A DNA stretch of 50,304 bases, filler included, from Basidiobolus ranarum (lineage: Eukaryota): NCBI GenBank assembly GCA_040143965.1. It is 2 parts of 2 records of this genome, joined end to end, with 100 filler letters (N's around TTAATTAATTAA, not from the genome) between each part and the next. Parts side by side here need not be neighbours in the genome. Positions count along the whole stretch, not along the records: positions 1 to 25,179 come from JASJQH010000144.1; positions 25,280 to 50,304 come from JASJQH010000145.1. One strand, given 5' to 3'. A model generated the notes under the pieces. It worked only from the letters and a program-made list of their open reading frames with translations, was not told where the DNA came from and searched no databases. This document shows, in pieces, positions 17,835-29,840 of this stretch; position 1 is the first letter of the stretch; each line of letters starts with the position of its first letter. Both the position numbers and the translations under genes were made by a program.

Positions 17835-19470
17835 TATGTTCAAATGTTAGGAACGTTAATCATAGAGGTTGCATCATCAGTGTATTTTGATTCCCAGTGT
17901 TATTTGTTTAATTTTAGTGAATGGACATAGTTCGTGTATAGAATAGTAAACACACTTAACCGAATTGCAGAACAAGGTTTCCTTTGGCCGATGCAGGAGT
18001 CACTAAACTTGCCCTACATTATAGACTTGATCTGGCTCTTAGCACTGCGATTCGTCCTCAAATTCCAATGTAGAGAACCATTTTTTAACTTGAAACCACA
18101 AGTATCTAAACGCTGTATTTCTAGGTTTTCATTCAGCTTCATTTAAGTAAGACAATGATATTATACAAAGTTGAAAATGGCCATCATTCAGCTTAAGTTT
18201 GATGATAAGTATACTCAGGCTTCAGCCTCTCTATGGGGAAACGCCTGGATGAGACAGTCAACAGTACCATGGCAAGAGATGTATATTAGAGAGACCGCAC
18301 CTATCTGCAGCCATACGAGTGAGAGAAAAATATACGATTTCCCTGTGTTCCATATGTTAAGGCCTCATAGTTAAAGAATGATCCTACGCTAAACGTGTAC
18401 GAAGAAACCTAGATCTTGGCATAGAAATAAGTCATTATAACTTCAAACGTCGACCATGTTGTTTACATAATAGGTAAGAAATATCAAAAATAGACGAATA
18501 AGTTGGGTTCCTAAACTCTGATATTTTTACTTACTAACGTTATGTATTTAACATGTTTATTTAATGGACTTATATCAAATAGCATCTCATCCTAAGCTTC
18601 ACTACCAAATCATCGCATTCACCGGTATTGCTAAAACTCAATAGAAACTATTGATAATGAAACATTTACAATTCTACAACAGCTTTGGGCAAATTACTTT
18701 TGTCAATTCCAAATATGCTTGATAATATTGTAGAGGCCATGAATTTACTATACTGAACCTGTACAGAAGATAGATAAGCCTGAAATTTCAATAATTTTTA
18801 ATCCCGAAGATAAAGATTCCATACCCTTCCTTCACAGATCTAAAGATTATCTCGGAGCAACTGTCAAACTAAGATGAAGCTATTCAAAATCAGATTATAC
18901 AGATATTTCCAACTAGGATGCGTTGGCGGTAACCTTAGCATTGGCTCTTCTCTTCCTTCCAAAGATCACAACGTAAGTTTACTGTGATTACTATCCCCAA
19001 CCTCGAGACCATTATTTTAGAGGAAGGTGAGGGAACTTGGGTAAAAAGATGTGACGTTCACTTGGAGTTGCGAGTTGCATAATCAGATGATCACCCAATG
19101 TTAATGACTTAAATTTCTGAGATTTATTTTTGTATCACATCTACACGCCGACCATCTTGGTGCTATACGTGCTTCAATGTAGCATGCAAAATCAACCATA
19201 GAAATCTCAATACTAAAATTATACTCCAAGCCATTTGCAACGACTGATTGTACCTCAGGGAAGGTAGACCCACCAGTGCTATTTATTGCCTGTGATCGTC
19301 TCGTATTTAGATCATATCGATGAGTGAGGCTAGTGCAATTTGCTTAACAAACATTTACTGTCAACTATTCTGAAGATGTCCGTTCATGTGCCTAGTTAGT
19401 TCAAATGGAAAAGCCGTCACATTGCTTGTTCATGAGACTGTTTGACAAAGAGAAGAAACAAGATTGAAAA
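17835..19470 (+). pseudogene. Decayed long-form RNase Z (tRNase Z; TRZ1/ELAC2-like) pseudogene
   Basis: Colinear motif remnants across shifting frames and stops: YVQMLG..VYFDSQCYLFNFSEWT* (cf. RYLFNCGEGTQR, about 17835-17930), LADAGVTKLALH, GSSLPSKDHNVS (about 18943), ILEEGEGTW (about 19020), LRFIFVSHLHADHLG (HxHxDH at 19135-19155), YSEDVRSC (cf. YSGDTRPC, about 19366) and GKAVTLLVHE (cf. ATLLIHEAT, about 19410-19436). Confidence 0.85.
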
Positions 19471-19967
19471 GGATTGTGAAGCCATCCAAATAGTCTAGAT
19501 TCATTCAACTGTTGAGGGTTTGGTACTTGTATAAGGATAGAAGTGCTATCTGCCTTCTTCAAACTCTGGCTTTTGATAAATAAATGGCTCCAAACCCACT
19601 GACATATTTAACCAGAATTTACTCAGTAACAGTCCCGCATATTTATGGTTCGCAATCGCTATAAACTATTCGGATCTTGAATAAATGCTATGTTTTCGGT
19701 TGGTTTCACAAAGTGTGACATGCTTGTTGGATAATTTTAGGAGTAGGCTACTTTGATTGGTTGAAATCATTCACGTAGCTTCACTTTTATCCTGCATAGA
19801 TAGTGGTGATTTTTTTCATTGGCATCCACTGCTTATTTTTTTTCCTTTCGCGTCAGTACACCCTAGGAATGTTTTTTTTTCTTTCTGTCGTAATAAATAT
19901 TCAACAGTCTATGAAATGGCTTGTTTGATAGTATCCTGTTACTCCATACCAAACAAAACTTTATAAC

Positions 19968-21169
19968 ATGGCTACTGCATTTTGGGGTAAGGACCAAAGA
20001 CATGAATGTCATTTATACTATGTCCCGATCTTAACAAAATATCAATAGGTCTTCAAATCCTTCCCAACAAGACTTATTCTCAAGTCATTGAGGGTTCTTT
20101 CCGTGTCTCTATGGTAAGTCAACTATATTATACTTTCACTATTTCAAATATTGAACTTTCTTTCAACTCCAAGGCTTCTTTCGGAGAAGAAGTCAAAGGA
20201 AAGCAACGTTCTTGCTTGAAAGTAGTCGTTGATGAACAAACCTATATTTTGTGTTCCTTGACACCAAATAAGGTTGAGCAACAACCCTTGGATATTATCT
20301 TCACTGAGGGTGAAGAGATTACTTTCTCCGTTAATGGCGAGAAGTGTGTATATTTTTAGTATTCGTAAACGTATCTTTGTGTCTATACTAACTTAATTTA
20401 GTGCTATTCACCTCACCGGTAACTATCTTCCCGATGACGAGGAGCTCGACTTCGATGAGGAAGATTTTGACAGCGAAGAAGAGTATGTATTAAAAAATTG
20501 TGTTCAATAGCTGTGTCACAATCTGATCTATTTTGGTCATGTAGAGATGATATTAACGCCATGATGGAGGAATCAGAGGAGGAGTCGGAAGAAGAGGAAG
20601 AAGAAGAGATTCCCGTTCCAGCTAAGAAGCGTAAGCAGCCAAATGGCGTTGCTAAAGAGGAAGCACCCAAAAAGAAATCCAAGGAGGAGAAGGTCGAAGT
20701 CAAGCAGACTAAGAAGACTGAAGCTCCCAAACCTAAAGCCGAGGCCAAGAAGGCTGAAGCTGCTAAACCCAAGGTCGAGGAAAAGAAGGCTGAGAAGAAG
20801 AAGCAAGAGAAGCCCGTAAAGGATGAACCTTCTACTAGAACTCTACCCGGTGGACTTGTTATCGAGGACAAAACTGTTGGTAGCGGTGTTGCTGCCAAGA
20901 GAGGAAACAGAATCGGTATGCGTTATATTGGTCGCCTTACCAATGGTAAGATCTTCGATCAAAACACTAGCGGTAAGCCTTTCTGGTTCCGTCTTGGTGC
21001 TGGTGAAGTTATTTCTGGTTGGGACAAGGGTATCGCCGGTATGAAAGCTGGTGGTGAACGTAAATTAACTATCCCTGCTGCTCTTGCCTATGGTAGCCGT
21101 GGTGCTCCTCCTGATATTCCTGGAAATGCTACTTTAGTTTTCGAGGTCAAACTTGTCCAAATTAAATAG
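19968..21169 (+). CDS. FPR4: Nucleoplasmin-like domain + acidic/basic linker + FKBP PPIase (Fpr3/Fpr4/FKBP39-type histone chaperone)
   Basis: Spliced N-terminus [50 protein letters not shown], then an acidic tract and a Lys-rich tract. The C-terminal FKBP domain has canonical [27 protein letters not shown]. Confidence 0.92.
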
Positions 21170-21447
21170 CTCTTATGAATAGTGTTAGATTTATTCAGAT
21201 ATTTTAGATTTTTGGTGCAAAGCATCTTTTAATTGTCATTTTCAGTTATATATATATCTATGTACCAATTAGTTTTATTTGATTAATTAAATTTTCGTCA
21301 AAACAAATCTTGTCCCATATCGCGTATGTACCCAGATCGAAGTCACGTTCAGCATGAATATATATTCATTTAAATCTTGATCAAATAGCATTCGAGTTGT
21401 TACGCGTTGAACTAGACAAGCAGTTTGTCTTTAAAATAATCCACGCA

Positions 21448-23114
21448 ATGCTAGCAGGCGTCTGGGGTAATAGTAATCTATAAGTAACGAATCAGTAAAC
21501 TGGGATTAATTTCTTTACGATGAAATGTTATTGTGAACTGTCGCGAACATTTAGGACTAGAAGTGCTACCAAATAAATGTTATTCTCAAATAATTGAGAC
21601 GACCTTCAAGCTTACTATGGTGCCTTAATAATTCACTAAACTGTCTTTACTGAGGAGAAAAAAGTACTTACATGCTATTCTCATATTATTCAACATTTGT
21701 AGGCTTCTTTGGGAGAACGTTTAAGAACAGATTCACGAACGTGTCTCAAAGTAACTGTAGATGGAACGAAGTTGATTTTGTGTTCTCTAAGACCTGGTCA
21801 GGTAATTTTTCGTGTATACTTCACAATTGGGTTTTGTAACAATACTAATAACCGTTTCACTGATTGCAACCAACAAAGTTAGAGCAGCAACTTTTAAACT
21901 TAGTTTTTACGGAAGGAGAAAACGTGAGCTTTTCTATCAGTGGTAACAGGTCAATAATAGAGAAGAATTAGTTGCCACATACTGTCACTTACTTTTTTTT
22001 AGTCCCGTGTACTTAAGTGGTAACTTTTTGATAAACGAAGGGGCGGGGTTGAGCACTGAGGAGTATTTAAAAACAGTTGGTGGAGTGGAGAATACAAAGT
22101 AAGTCTTCTTATATATGTATACGACAGGTCGTATTATTAACTACCATTTTTACCAGTCCAATTCTTAGTGGTATTTTCAAGCTATTTTATTTTATTCTGC
22201 ATAGTATGTTGCGTTTAACATCTCTTTAAACCTGTTTTTCAACTTCTAGAAAATGTTAATGGAGTGCATTCATACCAGGAAAGTCTAAACATTGCAAAGG
22301 GAACACCGGAGCACGATGATGTAAGTGACGTTGAAGAGCTAGTGTCCAAATCCGAAGAAGGCAGTGATGACCAGGTGGTTTTTGAAATCAGCGATGATGA
22401 GACTGGTAGTAGTGAGGATGAGAGTGAGCATGAGCTTGAGACAGACATTTCGAAAATCGAAGGGGATGGAGTAATTGTAGAAACAAAAGCCCCACCGGTA
22501 ATATCGGAATGGATGTTGAAATACAAGCCTTGAGTCTAATTGTAATCTTGTTATAGGCTAAAAGAAAGATGAATGAAACTGATGACACTAAGTGCTCCAA
22601 GTCCTATAAGTTCGACCGGAACCATACCATTGCTCCCGATGAAGAATGCGTTGAATATCCAATTGAGGAGGCCGAGATCCCCAAGGAAATCGAAGTAAAC
22701 CGATCATCAGGAAACGTGAACAAAACAGCGAAAGCCAAAAAGAAAACACGTAAAATTCGATCTGATAATGAAGCCGCTCGTTCCACCGCAGAAGGTTTAA
22801 TCATCGAAGACCTTAGTGTTGGCCACGGTAAAGCTGTAAAAAAAGGTTCACAAGTGTGGTTAAATTATACCGCACATCTCACTAGCGGAAAGATTGTCGA
22901 TAAAACCCACAGTGGAAAGCCGTTCAAATGCCGTCTTAACTTCAGAGAGGTAATCCAGGGGTTAGAGAAGGGAATGATAGGAATGAAAGTTGGAGGTAAG
23001 CGGAAGCTAACAATTCCATCCAATCTTGCTTATGGCAGACGCGGTAATCCCCCACATATTTCACCAAATGAGGATTTGGTTTACATAATCAACCTTGTGA
23101 AGATCCGAGCTTAG
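21448..23114 (+). CDS. Tandem, divergent paralog of the Fpr4-like nucleoplasmin-FKBP
   Basis: MLAGVWG|LEVLPNKCYSQIIETTFKLTM|ASLG..ILCSLRPGQ|LEQQLLNLVFTEGENVSFSISGN|PVYLSGNF shares intron positions with the upstream copy and has extra introns. A 14-nt exon at 22157-22170 keeps the frame. The FKBP domain lies in ORF 22569-23114. Confidence 0.85.
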
Positions 23115-23434
23115 CTCGTCGAAGCACAAAAATCGATATTCATATATTGCTACCGTATTTTACTTCGAACGAAGAGATGGTATATTAATTCCTTTTTCTT
23201 CAATTAATGAGTGCAAATGGAGACAGGTATATATAAATAAACTCAATTTGTTCGAATATTTTAGACAGATAAGGCAGTTCAATCTTTTTTAATAAAATTA
23301 ACCATTATTTTAGTGGATACTTTTTTTTTGTCCCCCTCTCCAAAAAACAATCACCTCCCCTGCTTAGAAAATTATTAATACCTTAGTTTCTGCATAGTTG
23401 CCGTTAGCCTACACTTCTTTTTTTCTTTAAAGTC

Positions 23435-24574
23435 ATGGATCAAATCAGCCCTGAATTGCTTGCCCAACTTCAAGGTAGCTTCGGCTCCCTTGTCGGCCAA
23501 CAATCTGGTTACATCAAGTCTCTTCCCGAGCCAGTCAAGCGCCGCATTTTTGCCTTGAAACAACTTCAAGTAAGTTACTGCTTTTCGACCCTAATTCGTA
23601 GTATATCCCTACTCTGCGTATACTAACATTACTGCAATTTTTAGGCTGAACATTCCGAGTTGGAAGCTCAATTCCACAAGGATATCCTTGAGTTAGAAAA
23701 GAAGTACCTTGGTCTTTATAGCCCACTTTATGAGAAGAGAAATGAGATCGTTGTCGGAAAAACTGAGCCTACTGATGATCAAGTAGAAGCTGGTAAAAAG
23801 GTCGATGAAGAATTCACCGAGGAAATCAAAGAGTCTTCTAAGGAAGAAACTGACGATGAGAGCCAGAATGCTAAGGGTGTTCCTGAGTTTTGGTTGTCTG
23901 CTATGAAGAACCACGCTCAAATTGCTGACATGATTACCGAGCAAGATCAAGAAGTTCTCAAATCTCTTTCTAACATCCGTTTGGTCTACCTCGAAGAAAA
24001 CCCAGGATTCAAGTTGGAATTCGATTTCGAGGAGAATGAATATTTTACCAATACTACTTTGACCAAGGCGTACTACTATCAACAATCTGCTGCTAGTGGA
24101 GATCTTGTCTTTGATCGCGCTGAAGGTACTGAGATTCAATGGAATGAAGGCAAGAATCTATCCTTCACCGTTGAAACCAAGAAACAGAGACACAAGAGCA
24201 CCAACAAGACCAGAGTTGTCAAGAGAACTGTTCCTGCCGAAACTTTCTTCAACTTCTTCACTCCCATTGAAGTCCCTGATGCTGAAGATCTTGATGAAAA
24301 TGAAGAGAATGACATCGGTGAGCAATTGGAGGCCGATTATGAACTTGGTGAGGAGTTCAAGGAGAAGCTTATTCCTCATGCCGTTGATTGGTTCACTGGC
24401 AAGGCACTTGAGTATGAAGGCTTTGGTATGGATGACTATGATGAAGAAGATGATTATTATGAAGAGAACAGTGACGAACAAGATGAAGATGATGATGACG
24501 ATGACGATGATGATGAAGAGGAGCATTCCTCCGCTCCTGCTAACCAACAAGCTCCTGAATGTAAACAACAATAA
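23435..24574 (+). CDS. NAP1: Nucleosome assembly protein 1 (2 exons)
   Basis: SGYIKSLPEPVKRRIFALKQLQ|AEHSELEAQF..LEKKY, KGVPEFWLSAMKN, NEYFTNTTLTK, ETFFNFF, IPHAVDWFTG, an acidic tail and the C-terminal ECKQQ. Confidence 0.96.
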
Positions 24575-24857
24575 TTTTAAACAAAACTTGCTGATGTTTG
24601 TATATTAAAGAGCTAGTTGAAGTAATTATCCATTTCTACCATCTCTTCGCTAGACTTGTTCACTAGAATAAATATTTTCATATTTTTCAAATGCACCAAA
24701 AGAATGCTTATGTTGGATGGTTATTTATATGATATTAATATCTAACTTATCAGAACATTGTACAATGCAGCGCCCAGCAATTGTTGAGGCTATCCGTTGA
24801 CTAAAACAGCAACGACAATGCCGTTGAATAGCATGTGTTTTCTTGGTAGCAAGTGGA

Positions 24858-25179
24858 TTAATTGTGAATCCCCAAGATCTTACTGAACTGTGTGGACGTA
24901 AATTGACAGATATCTTCTAGTTGCTTGAAGTAAGTGACGTTAAAGAAGGAAGGGTAGTCAGTGCTCCATTTCTGGTATGTATTGAACAGTGATTGATTAC
25001 ATTCAGTGCACAGTTCATCATAAGCGAAATCCAAAGGGTTGCTATTGTAGGTATCGTGGTATTCTAAGAGACAGTTACCGCCAAATGAATCCTCAACACA
25101 ACTCATCTCTTTGAACGCCTCATAGTTCTCCAATAAAAACAAGGCGGTTACTAGGACCGGCTTTTGTAAATCTTCTTTG
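24858..25179 (-). CDS. Partial Cys-rich, probably secreted protein (5' part lost in gap)
   Basis: Frame is open from the gap edge: ..KPVLVTALFLLENYEAFKEMSCVEDSFGGNCLLEY..LCTECNQSLFNTY..LEDIC. The 3' end is uncertain because of a possible GTAAG intron near 24883. Confidence 0.5.
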
Positions 25180-25279
25180 NNNNNNNNNNNNNNNNNNNNN
25201 NNNNNNNNNNNNNNNNNNNNNNNTTAATTAATTAANNNNNNNNNNNNNNNNNNNNNNNNNNNNNNNNNNNNNNNNNNNN
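25180..25279. other. Scaffold gap with artificial TTAATTAATTAA linker
   Basis: 44 N, then TTAATTAATTAA (25224-25235, stop codons in all six frames), then 44 N, totalling exactly 100 nt. Confidence 0.97.
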
Positions 25280-25281
25280 GC

Positions 25282-25428
25282 TTTGGTCGTGGCGGGTTTG
25301 GCGGACGTGGAAGATTTGGTCGTTTCGGTGGTCGCGGTTTTGGTAGATTCGGCAGATTTGGGAGATTTGGCTATGGTGGATACGGATGGAATGATGATTG
25401 TGGTGGGGATGATTGTGGAAGCTGTTAA
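25282..25428 (+). CDS. C-terminal part of a Gly/Arg/Phe-rich low-complexity protein (5' part in gap)
   Basis: Frame from 25282 reads FGRGGFGGRGRFGRFGGRGFGRFGRFGRFGYGGYGWNDDCGGDDCGSC*. Synonymous codon variation between repeats supports this frame over the ORF-track frame. AATAAA follows at about 25512. Confidence 0.7.
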   Translation, partial: FGRGGFGGRGRFGRFGGRGFGRFGRFGRFGYGGYGWNDDCGGDDCGSC

Positions 25429-27066
25429 TCAAAGCGTATCTTCAATTTCCTTTGGCATCGCCTTATACCAAACTCCCACGCACTTAGTATACTATTCCTC
25501 TTAGCTAATTGAATAAAACGATGCTACATATTCTTGCAGTTTTTCCAAAATCATTTATTGTCCTGAGGTAAGATTTCACATTTTCATCGAGCGTAAGTAC
25601 TAAAACATAAATTGACTTTTAATATAACTGTTTCTATGTCTTTGGGGAGATATTAGTTCTAAGCTATATTATATCAAGAATGCCTATAGTATATTTAGTA
25701 TATTACTTTTTTAACGGAACATGTGCCAAGTTGGCAACATTGCTGTACAAATTAGTTAAAGTTGTCTAAAAATCTAGGTAATAGAAAAGATTATTTGGCA
25801 TGCAAATGAGCTTGAATATAGAGTTATTGCGATAAAAGAGTTTCTAGGTGATCAGACCTATAAAGGACATATTTGTCACTTCAAACTGATTTCAATAGTT
25901 TTAGCATTGAGTGTGGTTTATTGGATAAAAGTAGACTCCGAGGTTGCTATCCGTCAGCTAATAGCCTTGGGACAATGATCTAGGTTTTCATTACCAAGGT
26001 AGATGAATGAAGAAATAACAAAGTATTCAACTAAAACTGGATAACCAAATAGTTCATAGCTACAAATATACAACTCAATTTCATATATACTTGAGACAGT
26101 AGGGCTTGTATTTTGAGGTTTCTGAAATGCATATCAAATTAGCTATTATTCGGATTTTCAGCAATAAAGTATAATGGTAATTAAAGTTATGGGTTGACAT
26201 CCACTGTATTGATTTAATCTTTATGGCAATGAATCACGTGTCGTCAAGAACCATTATAACAAAGGGTAACAAGCGTCACAGAGGACACAATACTGAAGTA
26301 AAACTGCTCATGCTAAGTTGAGATACAGAGAAGAGTATCAAAGCACATACGCATTTATAGAAGCTGCAACTACAATTGTTGAAACAGAGCGAAAGACGTT
26401 AGCCAACATGATTGGAGGGAATAGACCTTGTACCTGCAAATAATATCACTTTATTACTGAGATACTCAATATGAACTACGCAACGCAGTAGCTATGATTT
26501 CTGGCTATTTCTAATTTACTGAGTATGATTGGTAGAGATAAGGTGGGCTATTCCATTATTGGCATGTTTAGGAATATTTCCGCAGGCGAATCACTGGTGG
26601 AAGTACGACAGTAAATATTGTTACTACCCATGTTATACAATGATGAATCTTTAGTGGATATCTTATGCACCCAAAACGCGTCAGCCATCAATAAATGGTG
26701 AGAGTAATATTGCTATCCATGGGAATAAGATAGTTATTAACGAATCATAACGAGGACACTCACTTATCGATATTTATTTGGGTGACAACTTAATCGATTC
26801 AGAGCTATCCATTGGTTGACATATCCAGGGCATGTTCTGGAAAACACTGATTAAAAGTTTAGGATTATTATTGTGGTAGCTTGAGTGTCAACTAAACTAG
26901 GATAATTGTTGCGAATATTGAGCAAAATCACACGTTGTTATTAGAAATAGGCGATTTAAGATGAAAATGCCAACTATTTTACCTCTCCATTGCCAACTCA
27001 TCAGCAGACCTCGTTCTTTATATCTGTTTAAAACAACTCTCTTGGACGCAGGCCCGTCCGTCCAAA

Positions 27067-28556
27067 ATGTCCACTCCCAACATTATTTCCATCAGAGTAG
27101 GTCCGTAAGGCTTCATAAAAGTTCCTTTTCCTCTTTATTGTTTATTTAACCATATATTTCTATTTTAGACAAGAGTCAAAAGCGCTTTACCCCTAAAATC
27201 AAACAACGAACCTCAAGAAAGGTAACTGCTACCAGTCCCATACCTGACAGTCAACCTGATGGTGAAAACAAAAACCATGGGGATTATTTGGAAATAGGAA
27301 CTCCTACCCGATGCGGTCCAACCAATTCCTTTCAATCTCAAGCAACATTAACTAGTAAGTGGAGTCTTGATTCACCCATATCTACACCCCCAACTACTTT
27401 CAACTGAAGTGACATATTTAATATATCGACAAGACTAACCAATATATTTTAGTCGAAATAACTCCAGATGGTCATCACACCTCGTACTTTTCCGAAAATT
27501 CAATTCTATCTTCCATCTCCAATACAACCTCCGCCGCATTTTCTCCTTTGCCTTCGCCCACACCTCTGCATATAGTAACCCCTACACATGTACACACACC
27601 TTCAAAGGGCACTCTTATTTCTGTCCCCAGTGTTTCTCAATCCTCTATTTCCGACAAATATGAACCTTCTAAAAAGCAATTGAACTTGGGAGAACGGGAA
27701 CACTCTCCTGAGACACCTACAAAGAAAAGGAGAAAGTCCAAAACCCTTGATGATATCAAAGAGTTGGAAGATTATGATAAAGAAGAGCAACCCGATTTCT
27801 CACACGTTCCTCTCTATGTATTTTGTAAGGACATGAAGCGTGGTAAACCTACAAAGGCATTTATTGAAAAAGAGAAGGCAAAGGTAGAGAAACGAAAGAA
27901 GGTTCAACAAGCAACACCTCCAGCCACACCTGAATCTACCCACGATCGAGACATGAAAGAATCACTTCTTGAAACACCCAACTCACAAGAGAAGTAAGAA
28001 ATCCCTATCTAAGAATGCAGTGAATCCTTTCAAGTAAGATCAGTCATTAACTTTATGAAATTTTTAGTTCTTTTGCTCCTCAGATGCGGGTTGTTGGTGG
28101 CAAACTAGTCCTCGATGATACGTCTCTTTTTGTGGAACATTGCGAGTTAAACAATACCCAAAGCCAAAACCTAGATGTGGTTGAGGAGTCTGCTGCTGAC
28201 CGCTATGTAAACAGCGGTACATATCTGAAGCGGATCAAATCTCAACGCTGGACTCCAGAAGAAACAGAAATGTTTTACCAGGTAGATATCATTGTGTGTG
28301 ATGTTTCGATCTGTCAGTGATGCTAATACATTTATTCTCTTACTAGGGATTGGCCAAGTGGGGTTCAGATTTCAGTCTTGTCGCCTCTATGATTCCTGGT
28401 CGTACACAAAAGCACGTTAAATACAAATTCAAGAGGGAAGAACTTCACAACCTTCAACGTATTAATGAAGCTTTGCTCCGACGCAATCCAGGTGTATCCA
28501 TGGTAAAGGAAAAACCACCAACTGGGCGGAAGAAGAGCAATTCTGTAGAAAGCTAG
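27067..28556 (+). CDS. BDP1: TFIIIB subunit B'' (Bdp1), SANT/Myb-like domain, multi-exon
   Basis: N-terminal RV|DKSQKRFTPKIK, then FAPQMRVVGGKLVLDDTSL, VVEE..RYVNSGTY and the SANT-like RWTPEETEMFYQ|GLAKWGSDFSLVASMIPGRTQKHVKYKFKREE. Confidence 0.88.
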
Positions 28557-29229
28557 CGGAGATCATACTTCACCTATTTCACAAGTTTATTTTTATTTTT
28601 ACTGCACAACTTTGTTTTATTAGTTTTCTTATATTGGCCCTATGTTTGCATTTTCAGATCGTAAAAGTCTTCGTACAATCAAAAAAAGTCTCCTCATCCC
28701 CTTCCCCACACACATCCACCTAAAATATATATATATATACTATTCAGAATTTTGTATCTTGCTTATTGGTTTCTCAACACGAAATCCCACATAATAAGCG
28801 GAAAGCCAAACCAACTAATTTGGTGCGTTCCCTATTCCCCATTCTTGGCCATTCCCTCAAGGAATAAATACCCCATCAAACCATAACCCCCTAAACTCCT
28901 GCATCGAAGCTTATCGTATCGTTGCAATCAACAACAATCATCGTCACCCAAATGCTTGGATAAATGCTTGGATCTAAGGGATATTCACCATCTAATATAC
29001 TAACCCGAAGCCTAGATGTTTATGAGAATAGTTCAACTCTAGCCCCTAACTATCTATGACATTAGGCGCAGACCATTGCCACGAAATGAATCATTCAATG
29101 GAAATTGGGAAACCATCCACTAGTTTGCTTATTTATTTACATAATTCTTCAGAATAGTGTTCAAAAATCAATATATTCATGAATGTGTGTGCGCGGCTCT
29201 GGATACTCTGGAGGGGTAGCACACCCAGA

Positions 29230-29573
29230 CTAAACTGGGCTATCAAAAGCACCGATATTTTCCAAGTTAAAGGCTACGTTACGGTCAAAGTTGGACCAGA
29301 TATTTGATAGCATGGTGATGTCGTTGTTTAGATTGTTAAGTTCCTTGAAAAGAATTGAAGCAAGTCAGTTGAGAGGAATTGGTTGGAGGTGAAGTGGTGG
29401 TAATTACCTCCATACGATCGTTGACTTCCTCTAATACTTCGTTTAGTTTTTCCTTCAAAGGGTGATTATTAGACAGGAAAAAGGTCGAATATAGGGCAAA
29501 TAAACAGACATACTACGTTGACGATGATTCTAGATAACAGGTTCTTCTGTTGCACTTCGTGTGGACTTTCCAT
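29230..29573 (-). CDS. DAD4: DASH/Dam1 kinetochore complex subunit Dad4, 72 aa, 3 exons; not in ORF track
   Basis: Exons 29573-29514, 29452-29408 and 29343-29230 give MESPHEVQQKNLLSRIIVNV|EKLNEVLEEVNDRME|ELNNLNNDITMLSNIWSNFDRNVAFNLENIGAFDSPV*. This matches the Dad4 pattern MENPHE..Q..LSRII.NV..LNE...VQFNLE. Confidence 0.92.
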
Positions 29574-29840
29574 TATTGTGGTGGTTTGTAAAGTTATTCG
29601 AAGGGAAAATAACTGACCTCTATATCTGTATATGAAGTATTTGTTTACATGCCAAAGGTTTATTTACATTTAATCATGTGGTCAGATGGCAATGTTGGTG
29701 GATTAGGGGGTTAGTTCAACTGAATTTCATCCCAATGAAAATCTTTTTTCCCTGTACTTTTATCCTTGATGAGTTAATTTTTTTTCGTTAACATACTTGT
29801 ATGGTCAAAGCAACCCTAGCGGAGGTTTCCTGTTAAACTT

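Noticed and set aside
20413-24608. Antisense and alternate-frame ORFs over FPR4 and NAP1 (20413-20898, 20573-20806, 23693-24139, 24096-24608, 24158-24571)
   Set aside because: These are shadows of low-complexity, codon-biased real genes and carry no independent motifs.
25224-25235. TTAATTAATTAA palindrome inside the N run
   Set aside because: It is centred in an exactly 100-nt gap and gives stops in all six frames, so it is an assembly linker. Adjacency across the gap is therefore uncertain.
26322-26334. GATACAGAGAAGA, identical to the U6 snRNA ACAGAGA box region
   Set aside because: The flanks do not match U6 (no TTAGCATGGCCCC downstream and no 5' stem), so this is most likely a chance 13-mer.
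25900-26850. Minus-strand splice-like signals and short hydrophobic ORFs
   Set aside because: I could not assemble a consistent reading frame or recognise a family. It may be another gene fossil but is unsupported without BLASTX.
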